Shown piece by piece: positions 52,860 to 64,000 of a DNA stretch of 64,000 bases. The notes beneath the pieces were generated by a model. That model was given only the letters and a program-made list of their open reading frames with translations. It made no database searches and had not been told where the DNA came from. Positions within the stretch are counted from its first letter, which is position 1, and each line of letters starts with the position of its first letter. The translations under genes and the position numbers were made by a program. The stretch lies in the NCBI RefSeq assembly GCF_001194135.2, contig NC_068992.1, positions 4,364,066 to 4,428,065 on the forward strand, in the 5' to 3' direction. This stretch comes from Octopus bimaculoides. Lineage: Eukaryota.

Positions 52860-53229
52860 AGATGGTACTTATTTTATCGACCTCGAAAGGAAGAAAAGCA
52901 AAGCTGACCTCGGCGGAATTTAAAGTTGGAACGTAGCGATGGCCGAAATACCTCTAAGCATTTCGTCCAGTTAACGGTTCTGCCAGCTCACCGCCATTTG
53001 TACATGTTTCAATAATCTTTTCTACTGTAGGCACAAGGCCCGACATTTTGAGGGAGGCTCCCAGTCGATTAGATCGACCCTAGTACGCGACTGGTACTTA
53101 ATTTATCGACCCCGAAAGGATGAAAGGCAAAGTCGACCTCGTCGGAATTTGAACTCAGAACGTAAAGACAGACGAAATACCGCTAAGCATTTCGCTCGTC
53201 GAGCTAACGTTTCTGCCAGATTACCGCCT
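52860..53229 (-). mobile_element. Two co-oriented SINE family A copies (52860-52995, 53010-53229)
   Basis: Right copy is close to consensus: gtacttaatttatcgaccccgaaaggatgaaaggcaaagtcgacctcgtcggaatttgaactcagaacgtaaagacagacgaaataccgctaagc. Confidence 0.9.
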
Positions 53230-55681
53230 ATTTTACGTGTTTTAGTGATACCTTCTATTAGTCAGCGACCGAACAAAATCTTTTGTTATTGACTGGAAAG
53301 AAAAATGCACTAATAGCGAAATGTCAAAGACATTGTAAAATATAGTGTACTTTAAAAAAAATGTTTTGCATGTATTTTGGAATAATTTTCTTGTTTCTTT
53401 GAAATTATTATTGTTAGAAACGTTCCGAGCAAATCCACTGATTTAAATGCTCAGTTCGTTCACACATCAATTAGATTTTGCTTTTTATTGCTTTCTTTCT
53501 TGTTTATGGATGCATCACAGCATCGTAACGTTTTCTAGCTTAGAATATATTGCGCACATTTGTCGTAAATTCGGTAAAGAATTATTTTATGCTTGCTGTA
53601 GACATACTTGTGGTGAAGAAAACTTGTTATATGCGTAATTTATTATCTGCTGGATATTTCTCTCGAGTTTGTTTAAAGAATAATTTCGAGAAATTCATTA
53701 ACCAATGTCTTTATTAAATTTGCTTTTTCGTAGTGGTAGTCAGATAAAGTTGAATATACGTTTGGGTTATACGAGAGGATTTGACGGGAACTGGTTCATA
53801 TTTATGCTACACCTATTCTAATCTTATCATAACTGAATTTGAGTTAAATTGATAGGTAAGTTGGATTAGAGCTGACTTGGGAGGAATCACCTTTAATGAA
53901 GAAAACATTAGATAATATAACTAAATACATTGTTTTAAAAAGGAAATATTTGGAATAATTTTGATAATCAGTGTAAATGTTTAGTGCACGAGAAAGTCAG
54001 CTTCTACGAAGAACTCACGAGATTATGTGATCCTAGATACATTGTTTCACAAAAAAAAAAAAAAATAAATAAAAGAAAGAAAGAAAGAAAGAAAAAGGAA
54101 AAATGTCTGAATGGTCCACATCAGACAATTTTGGTAAAAGATCTGATGAAGCGGGGTTGATTATAGAGTAAAAGCCAGGCTCTTCATGAGTGGAATGATT
54201 TACTTTCTTTCATCATAGTTCATCCGGATCAAATCTGACGAAGGAAAAAATCAATGTAATTTCTTTTAAATTTACACCGTGTATTTTTCAACATACAATT
54301 TAAAATTTTCACACCAACATTTGGAGCAAAGAAAGGGACATTGAAAGGGATATGTCAAGCAATTTTGGAAGATCAAAAATGGCACATGAATTGCTGCTGG
54401 ATTTGGAAAGATAGTAACAGTATTCAAATGTTTACGGTGCATGGCTACACTAAATATTAAGGCAACTTCATTAAAACACGTAAACTTCTATGTAAAAAAT
54501 ACGGTATGTAGGATATCCGACAAGTTTTTCCAATATTTCTAATTTACTAAACTATACCTTATTATACTCAAATATAACTGTGGCTGAAAAATTTCTCTTC
54601 ACAAAATCATGGATTCCGCTTCGGTCCCACATGTTAGCCACATGTCTTGTACTATCGGCTAGGAGCGATAGAAACCTCATCAGTGAAGACTTTTTAAATG
54701 AAGTTATACAAACTCATCGAATGGATAAATGTGTTGGGTATATTATCTTTTGTCTGAGGATCGGTTTAAAATTACTACCTGCTATTTACGTCCGTGTAGC
54801 GTAGTGAGATATTTCTGTGATATGCATTGCACCAATCTAACAATATGAGGAGACGTTTGTATTTTCCTCCTCCAGTTTCATAGGCCACTGGGAACAGAAT
54901 CATAAGTGATGACTATCAACTTTGATCGAGAATTAAATTTCAAATAAATGAAAGTACTGTATATGAGCATCACGAACCGCGCCAATGTTAAAGACAGAAG
55001 TTTGTATCGGGCAGAAAATATTCTTACTAAAAAAAAAAACAACGTCAAGATATCTGTTAAAAATAAAAACGCAAAATATTGGATTAATAACTATGGAAAA
55101 CACAAACAAATCGATTTATATGAAAACTGAGCAAAAAGAAAAAAAGCAAATATCTTTCTCGTTAAAATTATTCAACAGCCTGATCTCTTCTTCCTACAAT
55201 ATCTAATATTGGGCAGGAACGTTATTATCTATGAAATGGAAGAGTGTAGGAGAATGGCACCAAAACATGAGGCAGCTGTTTTCTTTTCATATATTCTTTG
55301 TGAAGATTCTGCAATGGAAGAGACACTGAAAAGACAGTCTAATTGTTAAACCATATTTTGCATCACGTTTTCCTTCTTTTGCCGTTATTTGTTTGTATAT
55401 CTATTTATTTATTTACTTATATAAATATTTAGTATTTATTTGTGTGTTTGCTTATATACTTTATATCGCGATATAAAGAGAGCATTATCGATGGCTATAG
55501 ATTATACTTACGTGTCTACGAATGGTTCATAAATAGAGCTTCAAGAAGACGTCTGCTGCAATTAGTTGCAAAGAATGATGTTCTTGTAACGGACTGCGAT
55601 CGAAGAGCACCGTTTTCTCGCACCGATGTACATCGTCGAAAAGACTGAAGTCAGATAACCAATCACTGCACACTCGCAAAC

Positions 55682-55742
<61 letters not shown>

Positions 55743-55794
55743 AAAATAGTGAGATAATCAATAGATTATTATTTATTAATAAAAAAATTGACAA

Positions 55795-55870
55795 ACATCC
55801 TTTACAGCTGTTTCAATTCAAGACCCTCAGAAAATTCCTGCATGTTGAGTAGAATTGTCTAGACAATGTA
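55795..55870 (-). other. Decayed hammerhead-like 3' half next to (TA)n
   Basis: Minus strand reads gaatt-GAAAC-AGCT-GTA-aaggatgt; same palindromic ACAGCTGT stem III type as 43.07 and 24.98 kb. Confidence 0.4.
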
Positions 55871-56052
55871 GACTTTCATTATTAATATATTTTAATTTTA
55901 GTTGCATATACCAAAGTCATTAATAAGATTCTTTCTCTATTAAAGTTCAGTAATGGACTGGATTATGTCGACTTCCAGTGATAAATGTTTATGAATTTGT
56001 CTTTTGAAATAAGGTAAACAAACTTATTATATTTTGTTTTTTCTGACTTAAG

Positions 56053-56165
56053 GAAATGTTCATTTGAAGAAATTGTTAAATCTTCTTCAGCCAGTGATTG
56101 GTTGGAGATCATTTCTCTTTGTTGTAACAGCAATTCCATTTTCGTATTAAACCTAATGCATAGAG
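56053..56165 (+). CDS. Candidate exon, (R)KCSFEEIVKSSSASDWLEIISLCCNSNSIFVLNLMHR(G), unidentified
   Basis: T-rich tract, ctgac branch-like site, unusual AAG acceptor, donor GAG|gtatct; 113 nt open, phase 2 to 1. Confidence 0.2.
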
Positions 56166-56366
56166 GTATCTGTCAAAATATATAACATACATAAATAGTG
56201 ATCGATATCCATAAACATATATCATCTATTTATATTAGAGTTACTTTTGTTTCATAACCGTGAATGAAAAGACAGAAAAGGAAACGCTAGATATTACAGG
56301 CTAGCCATGGGTGCAACTTTTTGGTAAGACATAGTCACCACAGAGCTATGATCTGGGAAACAATTA

Positions 56367-56443
<77 letters not shown>

Positions 56444-58232
56444 NNNNNNNNNNTGTATAAACATATATAAATATATATGGCGGGGGGCGTGTGTGTGGGG
56501 GGCGTGTGTGTGGGGGGACTTGTTTGCGAGTGAGCACATCTGTTTGTGTGTGTGTGAGAGAGAGAGAAATATCTATTTCAATAATAGTTCTAACATGTCA
56601 GACAGACTGAACAAACAAACGACTGAAACGCAGACAAGCCTAAACGAATCAAGGACAGTATTCATCACATGTAACAAAGAAACGTTTATGCGAAGAACGA
56701 CTTCGCAATCTAGAATACACTACCAAATTAAAATACAGGTAGATATAAAATAATGTACATGACAACACTTCGAAAGACAAATCAATCAAACTGTCTGGTC
56801 TACTTCCGAGATTGACAATTTCTTTTTTAATCTGATATAATGCATAGTGAAAGTAGTGACGCAGACCTATATCTGAATTAATTACATGCATTCTTTCTCA
56901 CCATGTCTTTCACTATGATATATATATATATATGTATTTATATGTGCATACGTGTATATAAAATAAAGCAAAACAATTATGTCTGCTTGTGTGTGGGGTG
57001 TTTGTGGGAGAAGGTAAATAAAATGATTGAATGTCTCAATGGAATGCGTAACTAGATATTTTACAAATACAAAAACACAAGGGGGAAAATATATATATAG
57101 ATAGACTTACACACACATTTACAGACCAGCGTGGCACGCTCGTACACTGAGACGCACACTTAGAGCCACATGCATGTGTCCCTGTTTCTTACTCATATTA
57201 ATACACACACACATATATGTGTGTGTGTGTGTATTTATTTTTCAGTATATATTATTCATTGTGTTCCATATGTGTAGGAGGGAAACTGTCAAGGTATCTA
57301 TCCGTTCAAACATACCACCACCCATTTTCTAATTAACGAATTATTTTTTTAGCAGTGTTTGGGATAGAAAAAAAAATCTACGCAAGAATGTCCCGTAATA
57401 TGACAGCACCACTTTCTGCAGAATGCTATCATTCAATATTATTGAAATGGTTCACGAATGTAGGAAAGTATTATATGAAATGTAAGACCTCTAATATAAT
57501 AACCATGTAAGAATATCCCTCCAGAAATAACAAATGTTGAGTGTGCAACAGTCTACAGAATAACTGCATAATTAGGGATCCAGTGTACAATATGAATTAT
57601 AATGGAATGTTAATGCAAGGGAAACCGAAGCTAACTGTATAGGCAGAACAACCTGCTGTATATTTGAAAGGAAGCGATAACACAGGCGTGAATGGCATAA
57701 AAAGAAACTGGCAGATATTGTGTACCAGCTACTATAAAAACTATGTAATAATACACATATATCATTGATAAATAATTTTATTTTCGTACTTCCTAGAATA
57801 GCCACCATCACGGCAGTTTACAGATGACGTAACAATAGGGGAGTGAGATTCAGACACCAAACACAGTAAAGAAAATGAAGGAGAATATCACAATTATGCT
57901 GCATGAGCCATGCACCCAAAACTACCATGGACGTAACCATCATCAAGCCAAAAGTCAGTCACTACACACACACTCACCCCCCCCCCCCCACACACAGAGA
58001 AACATAAAGAGGGCGCTTCATAAATTTTCAAAATCTACTTTTTCGATTAAAAGCTTTCCCTACGATTTGCAAAGATGCGAGTGGTGTTGAAAAACATTTC
58101 CACAATCCTCATGCTGGTGTGCTATTCAAAAAGTCTGCCCTGCCTAGACATTCTATTGTGAAAACCAGCAAGTGCAGGGTATTCCGCTAGCGTGTATATA
58201 TATATATAAATAATCATTATTATTATTCCAGA

Positions 58233-58775
58233 TTTACTTCCAGTCATTCGACTACGGCCATGCTTGGGCATTGACCTGAACATTTTAAGTCGAACTTATC
58301 CACGCTAGTATTTACTTTATTTTTAATCCTGATATATATTGAATCGGTCTTTTTACCGAACCGTTCGGTTATGGGGACTTAAACACACCAACATCGGTTG
58401 CCAAGCAGTGCTGGAGATAACACAGACAGAAAGACACACACACACACGTATACACACACACACCCACACACACACCACACACACACCACCCACACACACA
58501 CACACACACCACACAAACACACACAAACACACACACAAACACACACACACACACGCACACACACTCCAACATACTCACATATACACACAAAAACACACAC
58601 AAACCTTTATATGAATACGTCGGGCTTCCTTCAGGTTTCCTCTGCTAGTCATAAAACTTTACTCAGCTCAAGGCTTTAGAACAAGACACCTCCCCAAGTT
58701 GCCACGCAGTGAGACTCAATCCGAACCATGAGGTTGGGAAGCAAACGTGTTACCAGACATCCACACCTACGCCTT
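58233..58775 (-). mobile_element. SINE family C, full span with expanded internal (CA)n
   Basis: Tail cagtcattcgactacggccatgc, middle accaacatcggttgccaagc, (CA)n of about 170 bp, head ...ccacgcagtgagactcaatccgaacc...gaagcaaac. Confidence 0.82.
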
Positions 58776-59714
58776 GTGCGTGTGTGTGTGTGTCCCATCA
58801 GTGGCATCCCTAGTGTGTGTGTGTGTGAGTCAATCAGTGTCATCTCTATTGCGTGTGTGTGTATGTGTGTGCGTGTGTTTGTTGTAAGGGAATCACTATG
58901 ATGTAATTATCCATTTCATAAACCTTGTGTAGATAAGACAAAGCGCGAATGTGGCCGTAGTAGTTTGAGCTGATGAAAATGGCGGCTAAATTTCCCCCAA
59001 GTTACGCTCAATAGACTCGATGTGACCTGGGGTTCATTGTGATCACATAATTCAAGATGCATATGGTGTGAATTAAACAATGGGATTATCACAGATTAAA
59101 AATCTTAGATTATATGTAAGCCTAAACCGGGGTTGAACCAGATATAGCCAACATTAGCAGTGACAAGTAGAAAAACAAAAAAGGAACAAGAAATTATTTG
59201 AAACGAATTGTATAAAAGTTTGTGTAGCTCTTCGCTATTTTAATTACCTGGATATTATTCGTAATAATTTCCAAATGATGATACTGCAAATGACCTCAGA
59301 TTATTTTATTAGTGACGAATAGCTAAATGAACTAATTTTAATTTCCATCACCATCATCATTATGATTTGCAATGAAATTGATAACGAACGTTAATTATAA
59401 AAAAAATTACTCTAATCGAAGAATTTTTAACAAATAATATTTTGTCTTTGTCATTTAATGCTAATTTCGTAACATTGTTACAAGGGCATGCATTTATGAT
59501 TGCGTGAGAAGTGTTGTCGCATACATCGAAGGTAATGCTGTGATGAAACTTATTTATCGGCTTCGGTCGTATGAAGGTTAAAGTTTGTGGCTGCGAGATT
59601 TCAGTTAAATGCATAAAAGTTCCTAATTAAATATCGCAAAGCAATTTGTTTCATGTTGTAACGATTGTGTTTCATCCACGGCTATCTGTGCTCTTTCTAG
59701 AATAAGAACAAGAC

Positions 59715-59830
59715 ATGAAACTTGGGGCGGGTATTAGTCGTCATCACCGATTCCAGTCCTGGATTGATACCTTACTTTATCGAACTTGGAAAGATGAAAG
59801 TGATGGTTGATCGACTCGATTAAAACTAAG
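59715..59830 (-). mobile_element. SINE family A, 3' fragment
   Basis: gataccttactttatcgaacttggaaagatgaaag...gactcg. Confidence 0.5.
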
Positions 59831-60377
59831 ATTATAAAGAACCAGAACAATGACATTAGGCGATATGCGCACCCAGATAATCCTCTTTTATTTCTTAAAT
59901 ACTTTATTAGGTACATCTTTAGATAGAGGTATAGGAATTCACTGATCAAGGAAAAAACCTCAAAAACTTGTCAATGTACATTTAAAAAGTATCACCAGTA
60001 AAATCTAAGGATTAAACATTTCGTCATTTAAAGTCGATTCCGAGATATTCGTTTGATCTCAGTGACAAATGTAAGCGTAACTTCAATTGCTAACTTTCAT
60101 AAGCAGATTAACAGATGTTTAGAGTTAGATCATCTGCAAATATTTGGCAGAGTTGTACGTGTGTATATACTGAGATTGGCATGGAATTGCAATCAACAGC
60201 ATTTCCACCCGTTAATGTCTTATACTGGTTAGAGTTGATTTGCTTTTTTTGTAATAAATTATGCTCATTATGTAATTTTATGTCTTCCATTATTTTAAAT
60301 GGTTTACTCATGAAATTTTTCGCAAAATATTTCATCGGCCCCCTTTTCGTTTTCATATATTAATCGTTTTCTTTCAG

Positions 60378-60450
60378 GTGCCGCATCATCATCATCCTCA
60401 TCAGAATCAGACTCTCTTTCGGATCTCAAAGCATCGCAAGAGCAGTCTTG
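60378..60450 (+). CDS. Weak candidate exon, (G)AASSSSSSESDSLSDLKASQEQS
   Basis: Strong acceptor cgttttctttcag, weak donor TTG|gtatat; all three frames open, so the frame is undetermined. Confidence 0.15.
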
Positions 60451-60572
60451 GTATATTTTATTATGTTTGAGATGCCCTTACCACTAAATCTCAGTAACCT
60501 GTTATCACAATTGAAACCCAGAAGGTGAACCAGCAGTCCTTTTGATGCTCTTTCGAGCATCAAGCTAACTGT

Positions 60573-61033
60573 TAGGAACAGCATATAATCTGCTCAGCTT
60601 GTTCAAATGGTTTGATTGATTGGATAAATAAAAGGAAGAGTAGAATGGCGTTTGCAGTAACGCTGATATGGAGACAATCGAAGGATCATTTAACAAACAA
60701 TCATTTCTGCATGGATAATGTATTTCAGCTTGGTGCTAAATCCAAGCATAACATTGAATATCCCACCTTGAAATCAACAAGAAGGAAAATGTTACACAAC
60801 GATGATGACATTCCTATTCCAGTACCACCGGAGAATCGGTTTCAAATGTCTGACGAAAAAGTACTTCCCGGGGAGACTAAAACTTATATGGAAGAAACGA
60901 GAGCGGATGAACATCATGTGCTGAAAATGATGAAGAACCACTGAAATTTCCTTAAAAGTAGTTGAATGATTTGGTTAGAGACTTGGCTCTGTCGAAGGAT
61001 AATGTTGAACATTTTAGCAACTCATTAAAAAGT
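60573..61033 (+). pseudogene. Chapaev(3)-type DNA transposase fragment, N-terminal Cys/His region
   Basis: *EQHIICSACSNGLIDWINKRKSRMAFAVTLIWRQSKDHLTNNHFC...IEYPTLKS...HNDDDIPIPVPP, then after a frameshift PLKFP*K*LNDLVRDLALSKD; matches the H-x2-C-x2-C...W-R...DH..CYFC...YP...ELNDLVRDL-LSK signature as recalled for Chapaev3 transposases. Confidence 0.7.
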
Positions 61034-61084
61034 TAAGCGTCAATAACTCTTCTGGTCGATTTCTTCGACTGAAACCATTCATGT

Positions 61085-61222
61085 TTTTACCAGTTTCTGT
61101 CTGCTAAATCCCGACCGAAGGCTTTGGTCGGCCCGGGGTAATAGTAGAAGTGCATCGCAGACGATGTGAATCAGAAATCATGTGGTTGGGAAGTAAACAG
61201 CTAACTATGCAGCCACGCACGC
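61085..61222 (-). mobile_element. SINE family C, 5' part
   Basis: cagtttctgtctgctaaatcc...ggctttggtcggcccgggg...atagtagaag...gtggttgggaagtaaacagctaactatgcagccacgc. Confidence 0.7.
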
Positions 61223-61364
61223 ACCTGTTCAAATTTCCATTTCATTAAGATCAATAATCAATAATATTTTTCTTTCATTTTAATAAAAAAAAAACCCAGA
61301 GAGAATATAAATTATTTTATAGATATCAGCATTATATCAAAATGATGATTTTCTTGTATGTTTG

Positions 61365-61618
61365 ACCTTGAAGGGAGATGATTCTCAAAGTTGACCTCGT
61401 GGGGATTTGAACTGACTAATATCGGTTTCCAAATTTGGTACAAGACCTAAAATTTCGAGGGAAGGATAAGTAGATTATATTGACCCTAGTATTTAACTGG
61501 TATTTTATCGACTCTGAAAGGATGAATGGTAAAGTCTATCTCGTCAGCATTTGAACCCAGAACTTAAAGACGTTCACCATTTTGTCGTTGTGCTGACGTC
61601 TCTGCCAGCTCGCTGCCT
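61365..61618 (-). mobile_element. SINE family A, partial copy (61365-61410) plus full copy (61420-61618)
   Basis: aaagttgacctcgtggggatttgaact, then ttccaaatttggtacaagacc...ttttatcgactctgaaaggatgaa...ctgccagctcgctgcc. Confidence 0.75.
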
Positions 61619-61794
61619 CAAACTGACTATTATTAGATTTCAATGAGATCCCGGTTCTTCCTTCTTGCTCCAGCTGGCCTTATTGTCACAATCACTATGA
61701 ATTCTTATTCTTGTTGCTATTGTTGTTGTCAATGCCGCTTACGTTCAAGATAAGGATAAGCCTTACAATGCCAACACATGCAAATCATTGATTC

Positions 61795-61822
61795 TTCTTC
61801 TTCTTCTTCTTCTTCGTCTTCT

Positions 61823-61869
<47 letters not shown>

Positions 61870-62177
61870 TTCTTCTTCTTTTTCTTCTTCTTCTTCTTCT
61901 TTTTTTTCTTCTTCTTCTTCTTCTTCTTCTTCTTCTTCTTCTTCTTCTTCTTCTAATTTGCTACATTCATCTACTCCATCATCATCACCATCATCATCAA
62001 TGACATCATCGCCTTCTCCTTCTATTTCGCTTTATTCACCTACTCCATCATCATTATCATCATCGTTGATATAATGTTCTTCTTCTTCTTCTTCTTCTTC
62101 TTCTTCTTCTTCTTCTTCTTCTTCTTCTTCTTCTTCTTCTTCTTCTTCTTCTTCTTCTAATTCGCCTCATTGACCTA

Positions 62178-62228
<51 letters not shown>

Positions 62229-62355
62229 TTTCTTCTGCTTCTTTTTCTACTTCTTTCCTCGACCTCCACTTTCATTATCATCATCTTCCTTCATTATCTT
62301 AATCATCATCAACATACCCATCATCATCGTAATCAACCTCTTCCTCCTCATCATT

Positions 62356-62386
<31 letters not shown>

Positions 62387-62420
62387 GCATCGTGATCATC
62401 CTCCATATCATCATCTTCTG
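61795..62420. repeat. Compound (TTC)n/(CAT)n microsatellite
   Basis: Direct reading. Confidence 0.95.
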
Positions 62421-62929
62421 CAGCTACTTCCTCCTTTCCCGAACACCTTCCCGAATCCTCACCACAAATTTAAATGCTTAAAGATGTTCTTAACAGCTTC
62501 TGTGATTTTTCAGCCAGCGAATCAATTAAGACGAATCAATACATAATTTATTGGATATGAGTCATTGTGTGATAGAAAATATTCACATCCATTCTTGCAG
62601 ATAAGGTGTTTATTCACAAGTTGAACAATGCCAAGTGCCTATACAAGTTAACTTAATTGTTTAACTGATGCAACACACGCACACACATGCACACACACAC
62701 ACAAACGCATATATACACGCGTACATATACAGAAATAAGCACACACATACTCAAGCGCAAACACACACAAACAAATGTAAAGCATAACAAAAATAGAAAC
62801 AATAAATAAATAAAATTATGTCTTAAGTGACGAGTTTTATTCTATTACGTAATTTTAGCAAATGATGGAGTTATGAAGGTGAATTTATAATTTTTTTCCC
62901 CACTAACTTGGTTTTTTTCTTTGTTGTTT

Positions 62930-63080
62930 TATCTGTTTTCTTCTTCTTCTTCTTCTTCTTCTTCTTCTTCTTCTTCTTCTTCTTCTTCTTCTTCTTCTTC
63001 TTCTTCTGCTTCTTCTTCTTCTTCTTCTTCTTCTTCTTCTTCTTCTTCTTCTTCTTCTTCTTCTTCTTCTTCTTCTTCTC
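62930..63080. repeat. (TTC)n microsatellite
   Basis: Direct reading. Confidence 0.95.
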
Positions 63081-63130
63081 ATTATTATCACTATTAATGT
63101 TAATATTAATACTGCTGCTACTGCTGTTAA

Positions 63131-63345
63131 AGCGGCGTGTGCTGGTAGAATCTTTTTCACGCCGGATAAGACGACGCCTATCGGTATTTCGTCCGTCTCT
63201 ACGTTCTGAGTTCGAATTCCTTCAGAGTCGACTTTGCTTTCATCCTTTCCGAGTCGATAAAATAAATACCAGCTGAATACTGAGGTCACTGCAATCGACT
63301 TACCCCTCAATTGATATTGCTGGCCTTGTACTAAAATTTGAAATA
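63131..63345 (+). mobile_element. SINE family A followed by (AAT)n at 63343-63407
   Basis: cgttctgagttcgaattcc...gactttgctttcatcctttccgagtcgataaaataaataccag...ggccttgtactaaaatttgaa. Confidence 0.88.
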
Positions 63346-63357
63346 ATAATGATGATG

Positions 63358-63408
<51 letters not shown>

Positions 63409-63765
63409 GCCCTAGGTGTACGGAAAAAAGTCGGTGAGAAATGGAAGAAAATTTGAAGAAAGAAGAAAGAAAACAACAATAATAATAATTATTATTATTA
63501 GATTCGTTGCCGAGTAGTAGTACTTTGGAACACGTTACGGTTGTTTGTATGGGTTATAATTTTTGCTTTCACTCCCCCGTTATCGTTTTATGTGCTAATT
63601 TTTTGCTAAGGTCTATTAATAAGAACGTCAGGTGTACTATGGTTGGTTTTTGCCCTCGTAAGCGGCAATATTTTCCACGTTCAGTTAGGTTCTTTTTAAA
63701 ATAGTAAATACATATACAAGATAGAGTCATTAAGTGCTATCATGGGAGCATCAAATGGGAGTACC

Positions 63766-64000
63766 TTTATTCCCACCAGCCCGCCCACAAACAAAAACAT
63801 TAGGCGGATAAGGTGGAGGCATTGTTTTCAGTCGTGTTTGTTTGTCCGTGGACAAGATATCTCAGAAATCGCTGGATAGTTTCCGGTGGTTTCGGATGGT
63901 TTCAGGGACGTTTGGCCTCGTGACTGGAACGAACTGATTAGATTTGGGGATCGATCCGGTACCGGACAAAGTTACCTGGATTATTTTTCTGATTTTGTTT
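63766..64000 (+). mobile_element. Possible Helentron/HINE-type non-autonomous element 5' end, runs off the window
   Basis: ttatt...ccacc..ccgcc/ggcgg..ggtggagg subterminal inverted motif, then gttttcagtcgtgtttgtttgtccgtggacaagatatctcagaaatcgctggat and gatcgatccgg, the layout recalled for DINE/HINE-like elements. Confidence 0.4.

Noticed and set aside
53734-53855. Coding exon with strong acceptor (tttttcgtag) and donor (AG|gtaagt)
   Set aside because: All three frames contain stops; it could only be a non-coding or terminal exon and there is no support for that.
54260-54470. Open frame ...LKGICQAILEDQKWHMNCCWIWKD, superficially like the 4261 exon (IIEDQRRW)
   Set aside because: Similarity is limited to about 5 residues, splice signals are weak and no family is recognised.
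59360-59614. 84-aa minus-strand ORF with CPCNNVT
   Set aside because: Its start region overlaps a degraded SINE-A segment (about 59550-59610) and no family is recognised.

Overview
AT-rich, repeat-dense animal genomic DNA with about 16 N-gaps, nearly all next to (TA)n/(CA)n microsatellites. The SINE families and simple-repeat load look like an Octopus-type cephalopod draft assembly (inference, no database search). No complete protein-coding gene can be supported. Nearly all ORFs in the supplied track are translations of microsatellites or gaps, and only a few isolated + strand exon candidates exist (best: 4261-4347). The window is a mosaic of: three main tRNA-derived SINE families (A, B, C; about 30 copies, A often in co-oriented tandem pairs); R4/Dong-clade non-LTR fragments embedded in (TAA)n arrays; a CR1/L2-type RT fragment; a Chapaev-type transposase fragment; a possible Helentron-type end; and long tri/dinucleotide tracts. 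The most interesting signal is a recurring architecture seen at four loci (12.1, 20.2, 24.9, 36.0 kb): a minimal type I hammerhead-ribozyme-like motif with short or palindromic stem III, often followed by an AATAAA-like signal, inside or beside an inverted repeat. Several further decayed motifs occur elsewhere. This resembles non-autonomous Penelope-like/retrozyme elements, and two loci carry variant cores (U4C; U3-A8). The second notable signal is a pair of about 150-bp Dong-like 3' ends truncated at the same codon, each inside a (TAA)n array and sharing a 3' UTR hairpin. All assignments come from reading and translating by eye.
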